Below, in pieces: positions 38,372-50,774 of a stretch of 64,000 nt of DNA. Under the pieces are notes generated by a model that was not told where the DNA came from, did not search any database, and saw nothing but the letters and a program-made list of their open reading frames with translations. The stretch is from Podarcis tiliguerta (Eukaryota). The position numbers and the translations under genes are program-made. The stretch lies in NCBI GenBank assembly GCA_965153285.1, contig OZ229123.1; one strand, written 5' to 3'. Each line of letters opens with the position of its first letter. Position 1 is the first letter of the stretch.

Positions 38372-38699
38372 TATTACAAGTAGTGTTCTCTCTCTGAGCC
38401 CAGATAAGGTTTTTTTGCTTCAAAGTCCTTGCTGTTAAACACCACAGCCGAGTCCTAAGTTGAGTTGCTTGCAAAGGGTTCTCTGAGTTCTGAAGTCTGG
38501 CAATTTTCCAATTTCTTCCTCAAATGATCTCTTCAAAAAGTCTTCACTCAATTCCACAGTTCCGACAGCTAGCCTTCAACAGTTCCTGCAATCTCTTACC
38601 ACAACCCACAAAGTATGCTATAACCTGAGCCCTTTAATACACTGGGTTACTTGCTAAATATGCCCATTGACACAGATAAGAGAGTCACAAGATGCCTGC

Positions 38700-39150
38700 A
38701 GGTGCATTGTGGCAGGTGAAGCTGTCTGGTTTTGCTGCTACAGGTGCACCATGGCATTTCTTCTCTCTCCATTCCTCCCAATGGCCATTCTTCCTCCAGT
38801 CACTGGTGTGGATACATGACCTGTCTGTCTGTCTCCAGGCTCTGTGATCGTTTGCAAGGGATTCACATATGGCAGGGTTAATGTCACCAGCCTTCATGTC
38901 ATGTTTGCAGACATCTTTATAACACAGAGTTGGTGTGCCAACTGACCTGGTGCTGGAAGCCAGCTCCCTGTAGAGCGCATCCTTGGGGATCCTACCATTT
39001 TCCATTCTGTGGACATGACCAAACCAGCATAGACGTCTCTGAGACAGGAGTGTGAACATGCTGGGAGAGTGTGGGCTTGGGAGAGTACATCTTTGTTTGA
39101 GGATCTGTCCTGGCATGTGATGCCCAAAATCTTCCTGACCCAGCACATAT
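38700..39150 (-). mobile_element. RTE-clade LINE fragment, sister of the 3400-4078 copy
   Basis: SMFTLLSQRRLCWFGHVHRMENGRIPKDALY..LA. Confidence 0.9.
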
Positions 39151-39845
39151 TGAGGCATTGCTTATTGAGCTACCTTGTTACAATTCTTATTGAACCTGCT
39201 GATATGGATTTATCCTCATGTTGTGGTTCTTTATGTCTCAAGCTACATGGTATGGTGTATTAGATATTGAAGCAAGTCCTTGTGTAAAATGTGTTGCTGT
39301 AAATAAAACCCTTTATGGATCTCCCAGGATGGCTTGTCTAAGCTGAGAATTAAAATATTCTCTGATTCACGCCTGTAAAATGAAAAGCAGCCCCTGCTCT
39401 GATGTTAATTTGCGGTGTAAAACCCTAAATATAAATTGGCAGTTTCTCAGTGCTCTTTGAAATTCATATTCATCATCACATATAATTGTTGAGGTTGTTT
39501 TATGAGGCTATCACTTAAAAGAAACCATAAACCCAAAATAGAAGTCAAACTAGGCCATTTGTAACACTGTATTAAATGCATTCCTCTTAATTCAGAGGAA
39601 GCTTGGGTTTAGGAGCACATCAGTTTCTGCCCTGTAAGAGTTTTTCCATTCATTCGAGTGAAAGGTCTTGAGTTCACATGTGACAAATCATGGCGTTTGA
39701 GTCCTTCCATTGAAATTAATGGAATCCCTGTGCACTCTTGAGCTTTTGGGTTTGAACCTGAGCACATGATGAATTCTGGGTTAGGTCAAGTGTTCAAACT
39801 AAATGAATATATCTTCTTACACTATTCTGGTTTATCTTTCTTTAG

Positions 39846-39929
39846 AGTCACCCTATTTTACTACTGAGCCGGAAAGCCGAATTTTGGCCGAAGTGGAGAA
39901 GACTGTGCATATCCGGTGCCAGGCAATGG
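39846..39929 (+). CDS. SDK1: SDK1 exon (~8), Ig4 N-part: ESPYFTTEPESRILAEVEKTVHIRCQAMG
   Basis: tctttctttag| ... ATGG|gtaagt; 84 nt, phase 1-1. Confidence 0.95.
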
Positions 39930-40333
39930 GTAAGTGGGGAGGGAACAAGTGGTCTTTGTTTTTTCCTTGTTTACCTTTGAGCCTCTTTAGTAAACTTTCA
40001 ATTTTCCATGATAAGAAGCAGGCTGCATCTGAGGAACATGATCTGAAAAGATGAATCATGCTTGTCTGCTGGGCAAATTGCCCCATCTGCTTTTTGTTTG
40101 GGCTTCAGTGCCTGACAGGATGCATTCAACAAATGTGGGCAGGTAAAAAGAATTAGCGTCCTGAGCTGAGTGAATTAATGTAAGTGAAACAGGGGCTTAG
40201 GGACCCATAAGCTGAGTTGCCGAGAAACAATCAATAATTGCAATAGTTAAAGCTCCTTGTTTCTTAAAATGATGGAGCTTTTACAATAGGAGGAAAATGT
40301 CAGCTGCAAGGTCTATTTTTGCGAGCAGTAGAG

Positions 40334-40469
40334 CAGGCGTCCTCAAACTTGGCCCTTCAGATGTTTTTTGACTACAACTCCCATCATCCCTAGCTAACGG
40401 GACCAGTGGTCAGGGATGATGGGAATTGTAGTTTCAAAACATCTGGAAGGCTGGGGTTGAGGAAGCCTG
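40334..40469. mobile_element. Palindromic hAT MITE
   Basis: CAGGC...GCCTG ends, long internal hairpin, perfect 8-bp TSD CAGTAGAG. Confidence 0.9.
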
Positions 40470-40479
40470 CAGTAGAGAA

Positions 40480-41340
40480 TTAACCCATATATACATGATA
40501 CCTAACCTCCAGGAAGCTGGCAATGATCCATCCTCGTGCCTTGCTGCCCCATACCCTGTACATATCTCCATGTGTGGTGAGAATGTAAAAAAACCCCAAC
40601 CTTTCAGGAATTCAATATTCCAAGAAATTAATAAAATAACAGAATAACAATTGCAATTCAAACCAAAATTAACTTTATTAAATACATTTCAAGACAACAG
40701 TCTGGGCTTACATAATAAAGAATTAAAAAGCCATTTATTACAAGTGACGAGCCTCAACATAACCAGACACTGGAAAGGCCTTTTTGGCATCATGACTGGC
40801 AATTGGTACAATATAGTCTGAGAAACACCCTCCCTTGACAAATAACAAATAAATTATGGTTGACACACGGGCAGATCAGGAAGATGACATTACACCAGTG
40901 TGGTTGAATTTCATAACATATGTCATTATTCCAGAAAATGAGCAATCCCCCCATTAACATTTGGCTCAATCTAAATTAAAATTCAAACCTAAATTACTGT
41001 TTTCTCTTTGAACCCCTCCTGCTTTCATCAGTATATCAACACTTTATATTGTTTCATTGTTAACATAAGAGGGGAAATACTTAATCTAAGCACAACCACA
41101 AGGGCTCCTGATTAGACATTTAACTATGTGGTGTTGAATGCTATCTTTTAACTGTTCTATCCTGTTTCCCCCATTGTTTTTGTTTAAACCAATTCACGAA
41201 CCAAGAACTAATAATGAACCATATGTTGTTGATATTACTGCAAATTTATCATGCTATGACATGAGAAGACTTGGACTATTTATTTGTATCATTTATTATT
41301 CCTTGCTTATAAAACCCAATAAAAAGTTATCCCAATAAAG
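40480..41340 (+). mobile_element. Degraded L1-clade LINE 3' end
   Basis: Conceptual TYLHVW*ECK..F.NSIFQEINKI...LLN...ITRHWK resembles the L1 ORF2 C-terminal zinc-knuckle region; AATAAA at the end. Confidence 0.7.
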
Positions 41341-41547
41341 AGAGAGAAAACGTCGGCTGCAGAAACATTCAAGCGAAATTACACTTCTGTGGCAGCCATC
41401 TTTCATTCAAATTTTAATTAGAAGGTGTTCAAACGCCACTAAAAGCTTCAAAATATTTATCATTCCACCTAAAGAGATCAACAGTAGTTGTATAGAAGCA
41501 GGTTCATAGGATGCTTTAAAAAAAAAGTTAGTTGTCAGCATCTGTCT

Positions 41548-42070
41548 GGGGCACTGTCATCTAAACCAGTGTTTCCCAACCTTGGCCCTCCAGCTGTTTT
41601 CGAACTACAATTCCCATCATCCCTGACCACTGGTCTTGCTAGCTGAGGATTATGGGAGTTGTAGTCCAAAAACAGCTGGAGGCCCAAGGTTGGGAAATGC
41701 TGGTCTAAACCACTGAGCCTCTTGGGCTTGCTGATCAGAAGGTCGGTGGTTTGAATCCCTACGATGGGGTGAGCTTCCGTTGCTCAGTCCCAGCTCCTGC
41801 CAACCTAGCAGTTTGAAAGCACACCAGGCCCAGTAGATAAATAGGTACCGCTGCGGCGGGAAGGTAAATGGCATTTCTGTGTGCTTTGGTTTCCGTCACT
41901 GTGTTCCGTTGCACCAGAAGCAGTTTAGTCCTGCTGGCTGCATGACCCGGAAAGCTCTCTGTGGACAAATGCCAGCTCTCTTGGCCTGAAAGCAAGATGA
42001 GCGCCGCAACCCCAGAGTCTCCTGTGACTGGACTTAACAGTCTAGGGGTCCTTTATCTTTTTCTTTACCT
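41548..42070 (+). mobile_element. Sauria SINE (Squam1-like) with a MITE inserted in its head
   Basis: tctaaaccactgagcc..gatcagaaggtcgg...aacctagcagtt...ctttacctt tail. Confidence 0.88.
41567..41702. mobile_element. Palindromic hAT MITE
   Basis: CAGTGTTTCCCAACCTT...AAGGTTGGGAAATGCTG; TSD [a/g]TCTAAAC. Confidence 0.9.
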
Positions 42071-42716
42071 TGAGAGACAATGGAGTTTGCCTCTGGGAGT
42101 GAAGTCAAACTGCCTGGGGGCACAAGCCTGGGCAGTGTGTATGAAGGTCCTGAGAGGCCCAGATGACAAGACTCCCCTCTTGGCCTCACTGGTGTGGTCC
42201 AAAAGAAAGCAGAGCAATATATTTAGCACCAGCTTGGCTGCAGGAGTTGCTGGAAGGTGCCATCCAACCCTCTTAGGGACTCCAGATTTGTGTAGGGTTT
42301 ACTCCTTAGCCTTTCCTTCTCCCAAATATATTCTGCAAGGCAGCAGAGGTTTAGGATCTCAGTTGTCCTTCTCCTAGATGGGTTATCTTCCCAGTTTGAC
42401 AATTCCCATCTGCCCCTCACTTCCTTTTCAGCACATGCAGAAACCTTGAATTTTTTAAATACATAAGCTTTTTCTACTGATTAGACCAGGAGTCAAATCC
42501 AGAGAGAATTGACTCTGCCACCGAGAACCCACCTGTCCTTGGAAACCTTTGTGCCTCTTCACACATTACATTTCATTTTATTCACTTATTTGGTTATAAC
42601 ATTTGTGTAGCAGGTTAAGGCAGTTTGCAGTTGGGTGTATAGCTAAGGTACTCCACACACACGCACACACGCCAAACAAACAAACAAACAACAGTCCATT
42701 TCCTTTCCTGGCATAT

Positions 42717-43339
42717 TAGAATCATAGAATCATAGAGTTGGAAGAGACCACAAGGGCCATCGAGTCCAACCCCCTGCCAAGCAGGAAACACCAGTGTGGT
42801 GTAGTGGTTAAGAGCGGTAGACTCCTAATCTGGGGAACCGGGTTCGCGTCTCCGCTCCTCCACATGCAGCTGCTGGGTGACCTTGGGCCAGTCACACTTC
42901 TTTGAAGTCTCTCAGCCCCACTCACCCCACAGAGTGTTTGTTGTGGGGGAGGAAGGGAAAGGAGAATGTTAGCCGCTTTGAGACTCCTGAAGGGGAGTGA
43001 AAGGCGGGATATCAAATCCAAACTCTTCTTCTTCTTCTTCTTCTTCACCATCAGAGCACTCCTGACATATGGTTGTCAAGCCTCTGATTAAAGACCTCCA
43101 GAGAAGGAGACTCCACCACACTCCTTGGCAGCAAATTCCACTGTTGAACAGCTCTTACTGTCAGGAAGTTCTTCCTAATGTTTAGGTGGAATCTTCTTTC
43201 TTGTAGTTTGGATCCATTGCTCCGTGTCCACTTCTCTGGAGCAGCAGAAAACAACCTTTCTCCCTCCTCTATGTGACATCCTTTTATATATTTGAACATG
43301 GCTATCATATCACCCCTTAACCTCCTCTTCTCCAGGCTA
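42717..43339 (-). mobile_element. CR1 LINE 3' end, interrupted by a Squam3-like SINE
   Basis: ORF MIAMFKYIKG...TRSNGSKL..RF.LNIRKNFLTVRAV.QWN.LPR.VVESPSLEVF; (ATTCTATG)n tail. Confidence 0.93.
42791..43045 (+). mobile_element. Squam3-like SINE, young, with (CTT)n tail
   Basis: Short duplication CACCA at 42789-93 and 43046-50 within the CR1 3' UTR. Confidence 0.88.
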
Positions 43340-44277
43340 TATTAATTAGTCTGAAGCTCAGCTATTGCCTCCCTCTTCAGCCGCCTCATCTGTATTGGCC
43401 TCATAGATAGGGAAACCAAGTTGTAAATGTATGAGAAGTTTCCTAGTGCTGATTCCTTATGTACATCTGACCTAGAGTGTCAACCATGATTGACAGCAGC
43501 TCTCAAAAGTCTCATGTGAGGTATTAGCAGCCCTACTTCCTAAGCTATTCGATCTAGATCCTGATGTGCATCCTGCTGGGATAACTTTAAAGAACTGGGA
43601 GAACTTTAAGGAACTCTTATTAGATTCATCCTGAAAGAGCACACAAATGGACAGACTCAAAGAAAGTGAAAGGCAGAGAGCATTTTCTATTCTCCTCACT
43701 CAAGGCAACATTTATTGACCAATAATGCGCTGGTTGGCTTCATACTTTTGCAAAATATAGCACCTAATTCTTTCTGTCTTATTGATGATGTTCATTTCAT
43801 ATTTGCTACTGATACTTTATGGTCTTTGCTGTTTATGATCTTTTTAAACATCAATGTTTTATTCATATGCTGCTTTCCTACACAATTGTACCCAAAGCAG
43901 TTTACAACAAATCAAATTAACAGCAGCAATGGAAAAAAACAGAAGAACAATTACCAATATCCATATTGTCAGTACATAAATTAACAAAAAATCAACATAT
44001 ACAACATTGTGTAAAAATATAAGCAAACTAACTTAATTTAACAACTTAAAACTAAATGAGAGAGAGAATAAAGCCTAACAGAGATATAAAAATAGTAGAA
44101 AGATGTGGCCCTTAAAAGGCAGGGGTTGTGTTGGTGGTGTTTTCAACTGCACAGTCATTAGTCGAAACCCACAAGTTGGGGTCCATTTGAAGAATGTCTT
44201 GTGAAATGGAGAATTTTTTGGCCCTGCAAAAGCAGGAGGAGTGCATATGGGCAGGGCGCATTGCTGAGACATACCAG

Positions 44278-44718
44278 CAGTGCTGGATTTACGTATAAGC
44301 TAAACAAGCTATAGCTTAGGGCCCCACTCTCTTGGGGGCACCCAAAAAATAAAGGAAAAAAACCACTGGATGTACCGGTACATTTCCAAAATATAAGATC
44401 AAAAACAAATAAAATAAAACCTACATACAGCAACAGTGTTGTGTGTTGTGTAGCCTTCTATGATGTAAGAAATGGGCCCTGCCTGCTAGCCTGCTATTCC
44501 CTAAAATATCACTGGTTTGCTCATTTCTGTGTATAGGGTGTCTACATTCTGCATGTGCAAATGGCTTTAGATACCTATTAGGTCCATAAATTACCATATA
44601 GCATATATTCAACACAAAAAGCAGTGGCAATTTGTTGCTCACAAAGGACAGCTGGACATATAAAGGGCCCCATTAGCTTCAGGAGCTTAGGGCCTCATCA
44701 AACCTAAATCCGGCCCTG
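44278..44718. mobile_element. Non-autonomous hAT element (Tip100-like ends)
   Basis: TIR CAGTGCTGGATTTA / TAAATCCGGCCCTG; perfect 8-bp TSD CATACCAG. Confidence 0.9.
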
Positions 44719-44727
44719 CATACCAGT

Positions 44728-45592
44728 CATAAGAACATAAAAATTCTGCTGGATCAGGCCAATGGCCCATCTAGTCCCTTATCCTTTTCTCGCAGCGGCC
44801 AATCCGATGCCCCAGTGGGAAATGTGCAAGTAGGGTCTGAGCACAAAAGCTCTCTCCCCTCCTGTGGTTTCCAGCAACTGGTATTCAGAGACATTGCTGC
44901 CTCCAACTATGGAGGCCGAGCATAGCCATTGTGGCAAGTAGCCTTCAATAGCCCTCTCCTACATGAATTGGTCCAATCTTCTTTTAAAGCCATTCAAGTT
45001 GATGACCATGACTCCTACTGTGGAAACAAGTTCTTTTACCCACATTGGCTCCCAGTATGTTTCCAAGAACAATTCAAAGTGTTGGTGCTGACCTTGAAAG
45101 CCCTAAACGGCCTCGGTCCAGTATACCTGAAGGAGCGTCTCCACCCCCATCGTTCTGCCCGGACACTGAGGTCCAGCGCTGAGGGCCTTCTGATGGTTCC
45201 CTCCCTGCGAGTGGCTCCCACCCTGTGGAACACCCTCCCACCAGATGTCAAAGAGAGGAACAACTACCAGACTTTTAGAAGACATCTGAAGGCAGCCCTC
45301 TTTAGGGAAGCTTTAAATGTTTAACAGACCACTGTATTTTAATACTTTGTTGGAAGCCGCCCAGAGTGGCTGGGGAAACCCAGCCAAATGGGTGGGGAAT
45401 GAATGAATGAATGAATGAATGAATAAATAAATAAATAAATAAATAATATACCTGTCCTAAATCTTCTAACATTCAGCTTAATTGGATTTCCCCAAGTTTC
45501 AATATTATAACAGGAGAAAAACTTTTCTAAATACCTTGAATAATTTTGTAATTTTCTACCATGTCACCCCTTTCTCGCCTTTTCACTAAACT
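44728..45592 (-). mobile_element. Older CR1 3' end, split by an L2 insertion
   Basis: cataagaacataa tail; ggatcaggccaatggcccatctagtcc; CR1-like sequence resumes after 45450. Confidence 0.7.
45038..45447 (+). mobile_element. L2-clade LINE 3' fragment with (GAAT)n(AAAT)n tail
   Basis: HWLPV...FKVLVLT.KALNGLGPVYLKERL...LRSS. Confidence 0.92.
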
Positions 45593-46502
45593 ATTCTCTT
45601 TGCTCGCTCAACAAACAAAGTGGTTTCTTCCATCCCCACCTATTCTGTGCCCTGTCCAGATGAGTGCTGCGTTTCCAGATTTCTCACTACTAAAGCTAAC
45701 AGCTGTCTGGCCACTGACTTCTTAGCCTGTGTCTCAGAGAGGACATAAAATGAAGAGGGGGTGCCAGCTCAGGTGCTTGAATCACAGCCCTGGGACACAT
45801 CCTGAAGTTGCTCCATGCCCTGGCCATAAACAGGCAGGACGTTTCAATTTGTCACAACTCCTATGGGATTCTTTGGCGCAAAAGCCATTTATTCAATCTT
45901 TGTGCACTGTGAGTGTGGGAGACACAGATTAAATTTGCTCGATACAAATAGATTAACTATAAATAAAATTAAAGCCTGCAAAAGACAGCTTTTTACTTCA
46001 TTGTAAATGGAGTTTCCTTGGGAACAAAGTTCCATTTTCTATTCCACAGAGGCTACTCAAGTTGCAAGCATTTAAAACACAATATATTTGTATATATAAC
46101 ACTAATTGGATTATATGCTGTCAGCAGTCAGTAGAGTTCAAATTAAAACTGCACAAATTTCCCTGTGAAGGAAGAAGAGCATACTTACCTGCTACAGAGT
46201 CAGACCTTTGGTTCATAAAGCTCATCATCGCCTCCCTTGACTCGCAGAGGGGCAGGACTTTTCCCCAGCCTTTGCCAGGAGATGCCAGGGGTCTAACCTG
46301 GCTCTTCCCAGCATCATTAAATAGTTTTATAAAAAACAAAATCTGCTGACAGATGAGTTGGGGGCAAATTTTTAGATGATCGAAATGTTTTTATATGAAC
46401 TATCAGATTGGTAATGCTAAACTTGCAGCCCTGATAAATACATTAAAAAATGCATGACTTCAGATGGACCTTTGGAAAAGTCTTATTTCTCCAATTATAT
46501 AT

Positions 46503-46534
<32 letters not shown>

Positions 46535-46586
46535 TTTCTTCCTTTCTTCCTTTCTTCCTTTCTTCCTTTCTTCCTTTCTTCCTTCT
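46503..46586. repeat. (TTTC)n/(TTTCTTCC)n polypyrimidine microsatellite
   Basis: Direct reading. Confidence 0.95.
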
Positions 46587-49464
46587 AGGATTGCAATCTT
46601 TTTCTCTCTCTTCAGTATGCTTTTTATTGATTTTCTTACATGTTAAAAATTATACATTCCAAATAAGATACAGAAGAAACAAAAGATTACCAAATAAACA
46701 AATATATGAATACTTAAATTCCTAAAGAATATATTTTCCTTCTATCCTGGTTAGCCATGATAAGGGACATATAATTTCTTTTAAAAAGAAAATCAGTTCT
46801 TTTCTTTTTCTTTCTTTTTTTAAAAAGCCAGCACAATCATTTTGAAGCTCAGTGTGGCTCTTGACTGCAGCTGCCTCCTCTGGCAGATCCGTTTGCAAGT
46901 TCCTGTCGCGCTCTGATGTACCCCTCATCATTTCAGACGCCCCTTGTCTGTTTCACACCTGGTCTAACTAATGGACTCCTTCCCTGGTGTCTGCCTTTCC
47001 AAAAAGATCTTTGAAAAGCACCTTCTCTCTAGTTCTGATGGTGAGACTTACCCAGCGAAATCACTAGGATCTTTTAAGGCCTCCTGAAATATCGGAAGGA
47101 AAATATATAGATTGACTTCTCTATATTCCTTTAAGTACAGTGGGGTTTGGAGCTGATCTGTGGCTTAATTGGAGAAGACAACCTAAGCTTCAGTGAGCAG
47201 AGAATGTTGATATTCCTGTCAGGATTCAAAATGTTTAGCCCATTATGCTGTTATGGGGAATAATGCCCAATGCCAGATTTCATTCTATTGCATTTTCTAT
47301 AAAATATAATGGAAGTGCTGTTACTTAAGCTTCAAACTATTTCCTGTGTCCTCTATTCTGAGTATGATTCCATTTTTGTATCATCTGTTTCCTCATTACT
47401 CAGTGATAATTTGTATTGGCCCAGGGGATTTGATGAGATGAATTACATTTCACTGAGAATTCTGACAATCAGACTGTACACAAATTCTGTAAATGGGCCT
47501 TTGGTATGAAATTAAAATTGTGTTTGTTTCACAGTGGTACACTGCATCTATTTTGTGTCAAACCACACACATTGCACACAAAAGATGATTCCTGTAGGCT
47601 ATAAATAGCTTTATTATTCAAGCAAAATGGAAGTTTCAAATGCGATTTCAAGAACTGATTACATCCTTGTACAGAAATATAATTTCATGACCAGTCAACT
47701 ACCCCCCCCCCTTTCTTGGGAAATAATGTATCTTTCATTCTCCTCAGAAGAATGAGTATATTAAAAAGAGTAGGTTTTTGTTATTATATTTGGTTACAGA
47801 AAAGTATTTTCAGCGGATTTTGCCTTGAATTTTTTTAATTGCTGTATCTTTATTGCCTTACTAAACACGCACAATAGATCAAGCGATATTTACTTTCAAC
47901 ATGCTTTGAATGCTTGCTGTTAGAAACATTTAGAATCCTAGGTAATAAAATGTGTTTATCCTCATTCAGAAATCTCTGCGAAGTCAGATTTTTATGTACA
48001 GAGATCGAACATTCTCATAGCAATTTGACTCACTCAGGAGACAATGGAAGAATATGTCATTGGGGGTGAGGTCAAATTATTGAAGCTTGCAGTGTCTGCT
48101 GTGGCTGTAGAAACCGATGCAGGAGAGACATGTTTTGTTCCAGCTGGGGCAGATGAAGGTGTCCTTTTGAGCTGATGGCATTTCTTCTCTTTGCCCTCTT
48201 CCCAGCAGTCATTCGTCCTCTGGTCACTGCTATGGATACGTGACCTGACTGCCTGTCTCTAGGCACTGCGGTTGTCTGCAAGGGATTCTCCCAAGGCAGG
48301 GCTGATGTTACTAGCCTTCACATAAAGCAATGCAAAGACCATTTGTTAAGGACAAACACTGCAAATGTATATGAATTGGGGAATCCACTCTGGGTAGAGG
48401 CTTATCCCCAGTTCCTCTTGACCTACTGTCCCCACCCTCCACCCTGGGGGGTGGGGAGAGGAGAATTCACTCTTTAGCATTCAGTTGGACAAAACATCAA
48501 TTGGAGCTTCCCCCAGATTGGCATTTGTTTGATCTATCACTAGAGAGCGAGTTTTCTCTTCGACAGGAGCAGGCCAAGGGCAAAACCACTTGGACCCATG
48601 ACTAGAGAGTGCAAGTTAAGTGGGAAACTGCTCAAAGCTGCCCTTTCTAGGCATGGCACAAGTGGAAGTGTGAGTGAACCCTCAACATTAACCTGAAAGT
48701 TTCTAGGATTATTTATTCTCCATTTCTCATGCCATTTTGAAGTCCTCATTCTTCTATTGAAGCAATCAGATTTCCTTTATATATCTTTGATTATGGTTCT
48801 GAGGCTCCATGACTTAACACAGAGCCATAGCTGGGGGTGGGGGGCTAGCCAGTTTTTTTGCCCAGGAAGTAGCCTCCAAAGGAACACCATTGAGGTTCCC
48901 AGCCTGTGTGTGTGTATATGCAAATGTCTGTGTGCTAAATTGGGTCATTGACCCAGGTCAAATAAAGCCTAGTTTTGTCCCTGCTTAACACCATAGGCAT
49001 ACCTTATCCTCCCAAGCCTTGCTTTGTTGGCTCTTCCTTGGTGAGCACTTACTATTCTTGGCTAGTGAGGTGAGAAAAAGTTTTCCTGGCCTGCTGGGAA
49101 ACTTTGCTCACAGGCCTTTGCCTCACAACTGGACAGGAGTAACAACATGAGAATGGTGAACACCATGAGCAGCCCCTTCCCTCTGCAAATCCTCATTGCT
49201 CAGAATCACATCTCTTGGGTGGTCCAGGGTCTTTGAGAGTGGTCTTTTTGTGAGTCTTTGGGCTGTTGCATCAACTTCAGTAAAGGGATTTTGTCACTCA
49301 TTGGGCTGCTAACCTCAGCCTTGGTTTATGCAATATGGGGATTGTTGAGATAATGTATTTGAAAGTGCTTAGAATGCTCCAAAACACTCCCTTCCTAAAT
49401 AGTTTTTCTCACTGAGTGCAATAGAATATACTTCCTAGAAAGGATGAATAAGATTCCTGCTTAA

Positions 49465-49825
49465 AAAGGTAAAGGTACCCCTGCCCGTACGGGTCAGTCT
49501 TGACAGACTCTAGGGTTGTGCGCCCATCTCACTCAAAGAGGCCGGGGGCCAGCGCTGTCTGAAGACACTTCTGGGTCACGTGGCCAGCGTGACATCGCTG
49601 CTCTGGCGAGCCAGAGCCGCACACGGAAACGCCGTTTACCTTCCTGCTAGTAAGCAGTCCCTATTTATCTACTTGCACCCGAGAGTGCTTTCGAACTGCT
49701 AGGTTGGCAGGCGCTGGGACCGAACAACGGGAGAGCACCCCGCCGCGGGGATTCGAACCGCCGACCTCTTGATCGGCAAGCCCTAGGCGCTGAGGCTTTA
49801 ACCCACAGCGCCACCCACGTCCCTG
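49465..49825 (-). mobile_element. Full-length young Sauria SINE
   Basis: CpG-rich with B-box GGTTCGAATCC on the minus strand and an (ACCTTT) tail; 14-bp TSD agattcctg[c/t]ttaa (49451-64 / 49826-39). Confidence 0.92.
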
Positions 49826-50207
49826 AGATTCCTGTTTAAGTCTTACCAATTCACTGCCTTGTCTGCCTTTTGACCTTTTCAAGGCTCATTTGATGACACA
49901 ATTAACCTATTTCCCAAACTGAATCATTTAATCTGAGGCTTTAAAAAAATGGCATGCAATTTGATTACAGCAAATGAAGGCACACAGTCGCCATGGCATA
50001 AATCATTATGGGTAGTTAAGGATTTGTCTTTGTGTTTTTCAGTTGTATTTCCCCTCTTTTGACAGGATAATGCATGCTTTGTAGCAGTTGCTTTCTGAAT
50101 AGTGTATTTGTATAAAACTCTGTAATGGGAAATGGGCAATTAGCAGGCGGCAATGCTTTGTGCCTGGGCACACATGAAGAGTTTTCTCTCTTTCCACTAC
50201 ATTTCAG

Positions 50208-50402
50208 GTGTCCCACTTCCTGTCCTGGTCTGGTACAAGGATGCTGTCCCCATCCACAAACTGCTGAATCCGCGTTACAAGGTTTTGCTCAATGGGAGTC
50301 TTCAGATCCAGGGACTGCAGCCTGACGATTCTGGAATCTTCCAGTGCTTTGCAAGGAATGATGCTGGGGAGATGCAGAGTCGTACCTTCCTGGATGTGAC
50401 TA
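50208..50402 (+). CDS. SDK1: SDK1 exon (~9), Ig4 C-part: GVPLPVLVWYKD...DDSGIFQCFARN...LDVT
   Basis: atttcag| ... ACTA|gtatgt; 195 nt, phase 1-1. Confidence 0.96.
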
Positions 50403-50725
50403 GTATGTCTGGACCTACGTGGGGGTTGGGCAGGGGAGGTAGAGGAAGGTTTGTGGGGCACAAGGCATTCATCTTTCTAAGGCAGCCCAGTGGTACAGAG
50501 TAAAAAGAAAAGAAAAGGAAGTCAAGCTCACAGGGGAGGGGCTGTCAGGAGAAACCCCAGAGCAGTGCCTGGGGGGGGGGGGGGAGATCCTTTCCTTGAG
50601 CAAGCAGAAAAAGCTTACAGTGATTGAACAATTATGTTGTATTCCCCCTAAGGCTTTCTCCAAGCCTCCTGCTTGAACTACAACACATCCTAGGACAGCC
50701 TGCTCCAGCATGGTACCTTTCACAG

Positions 50726-50727
<2 letters not shown>

Positions 50728-50773
<46 letters not shown>
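50728..50773. repeat. (ATA)n microsatellite
   Basis: Direct reading. Confidence 0.95.

Positions 50774-50774
<1 letters not shown>

Larger units (their letters stand above)
41531..42445 (-). mobile_element. Short non-coding RTE-derived element, interrupted by a Sauria SINE
   Basis: 41531-41547 plus 42071-42112 are the reverse complement of the RTE 3' end at 4010-4078; 42280-42425 resembles RTE 5' UTR motifs (ctaggagaaggacaact, gtaaaccctacacaaatc). Confidence 0.6.
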
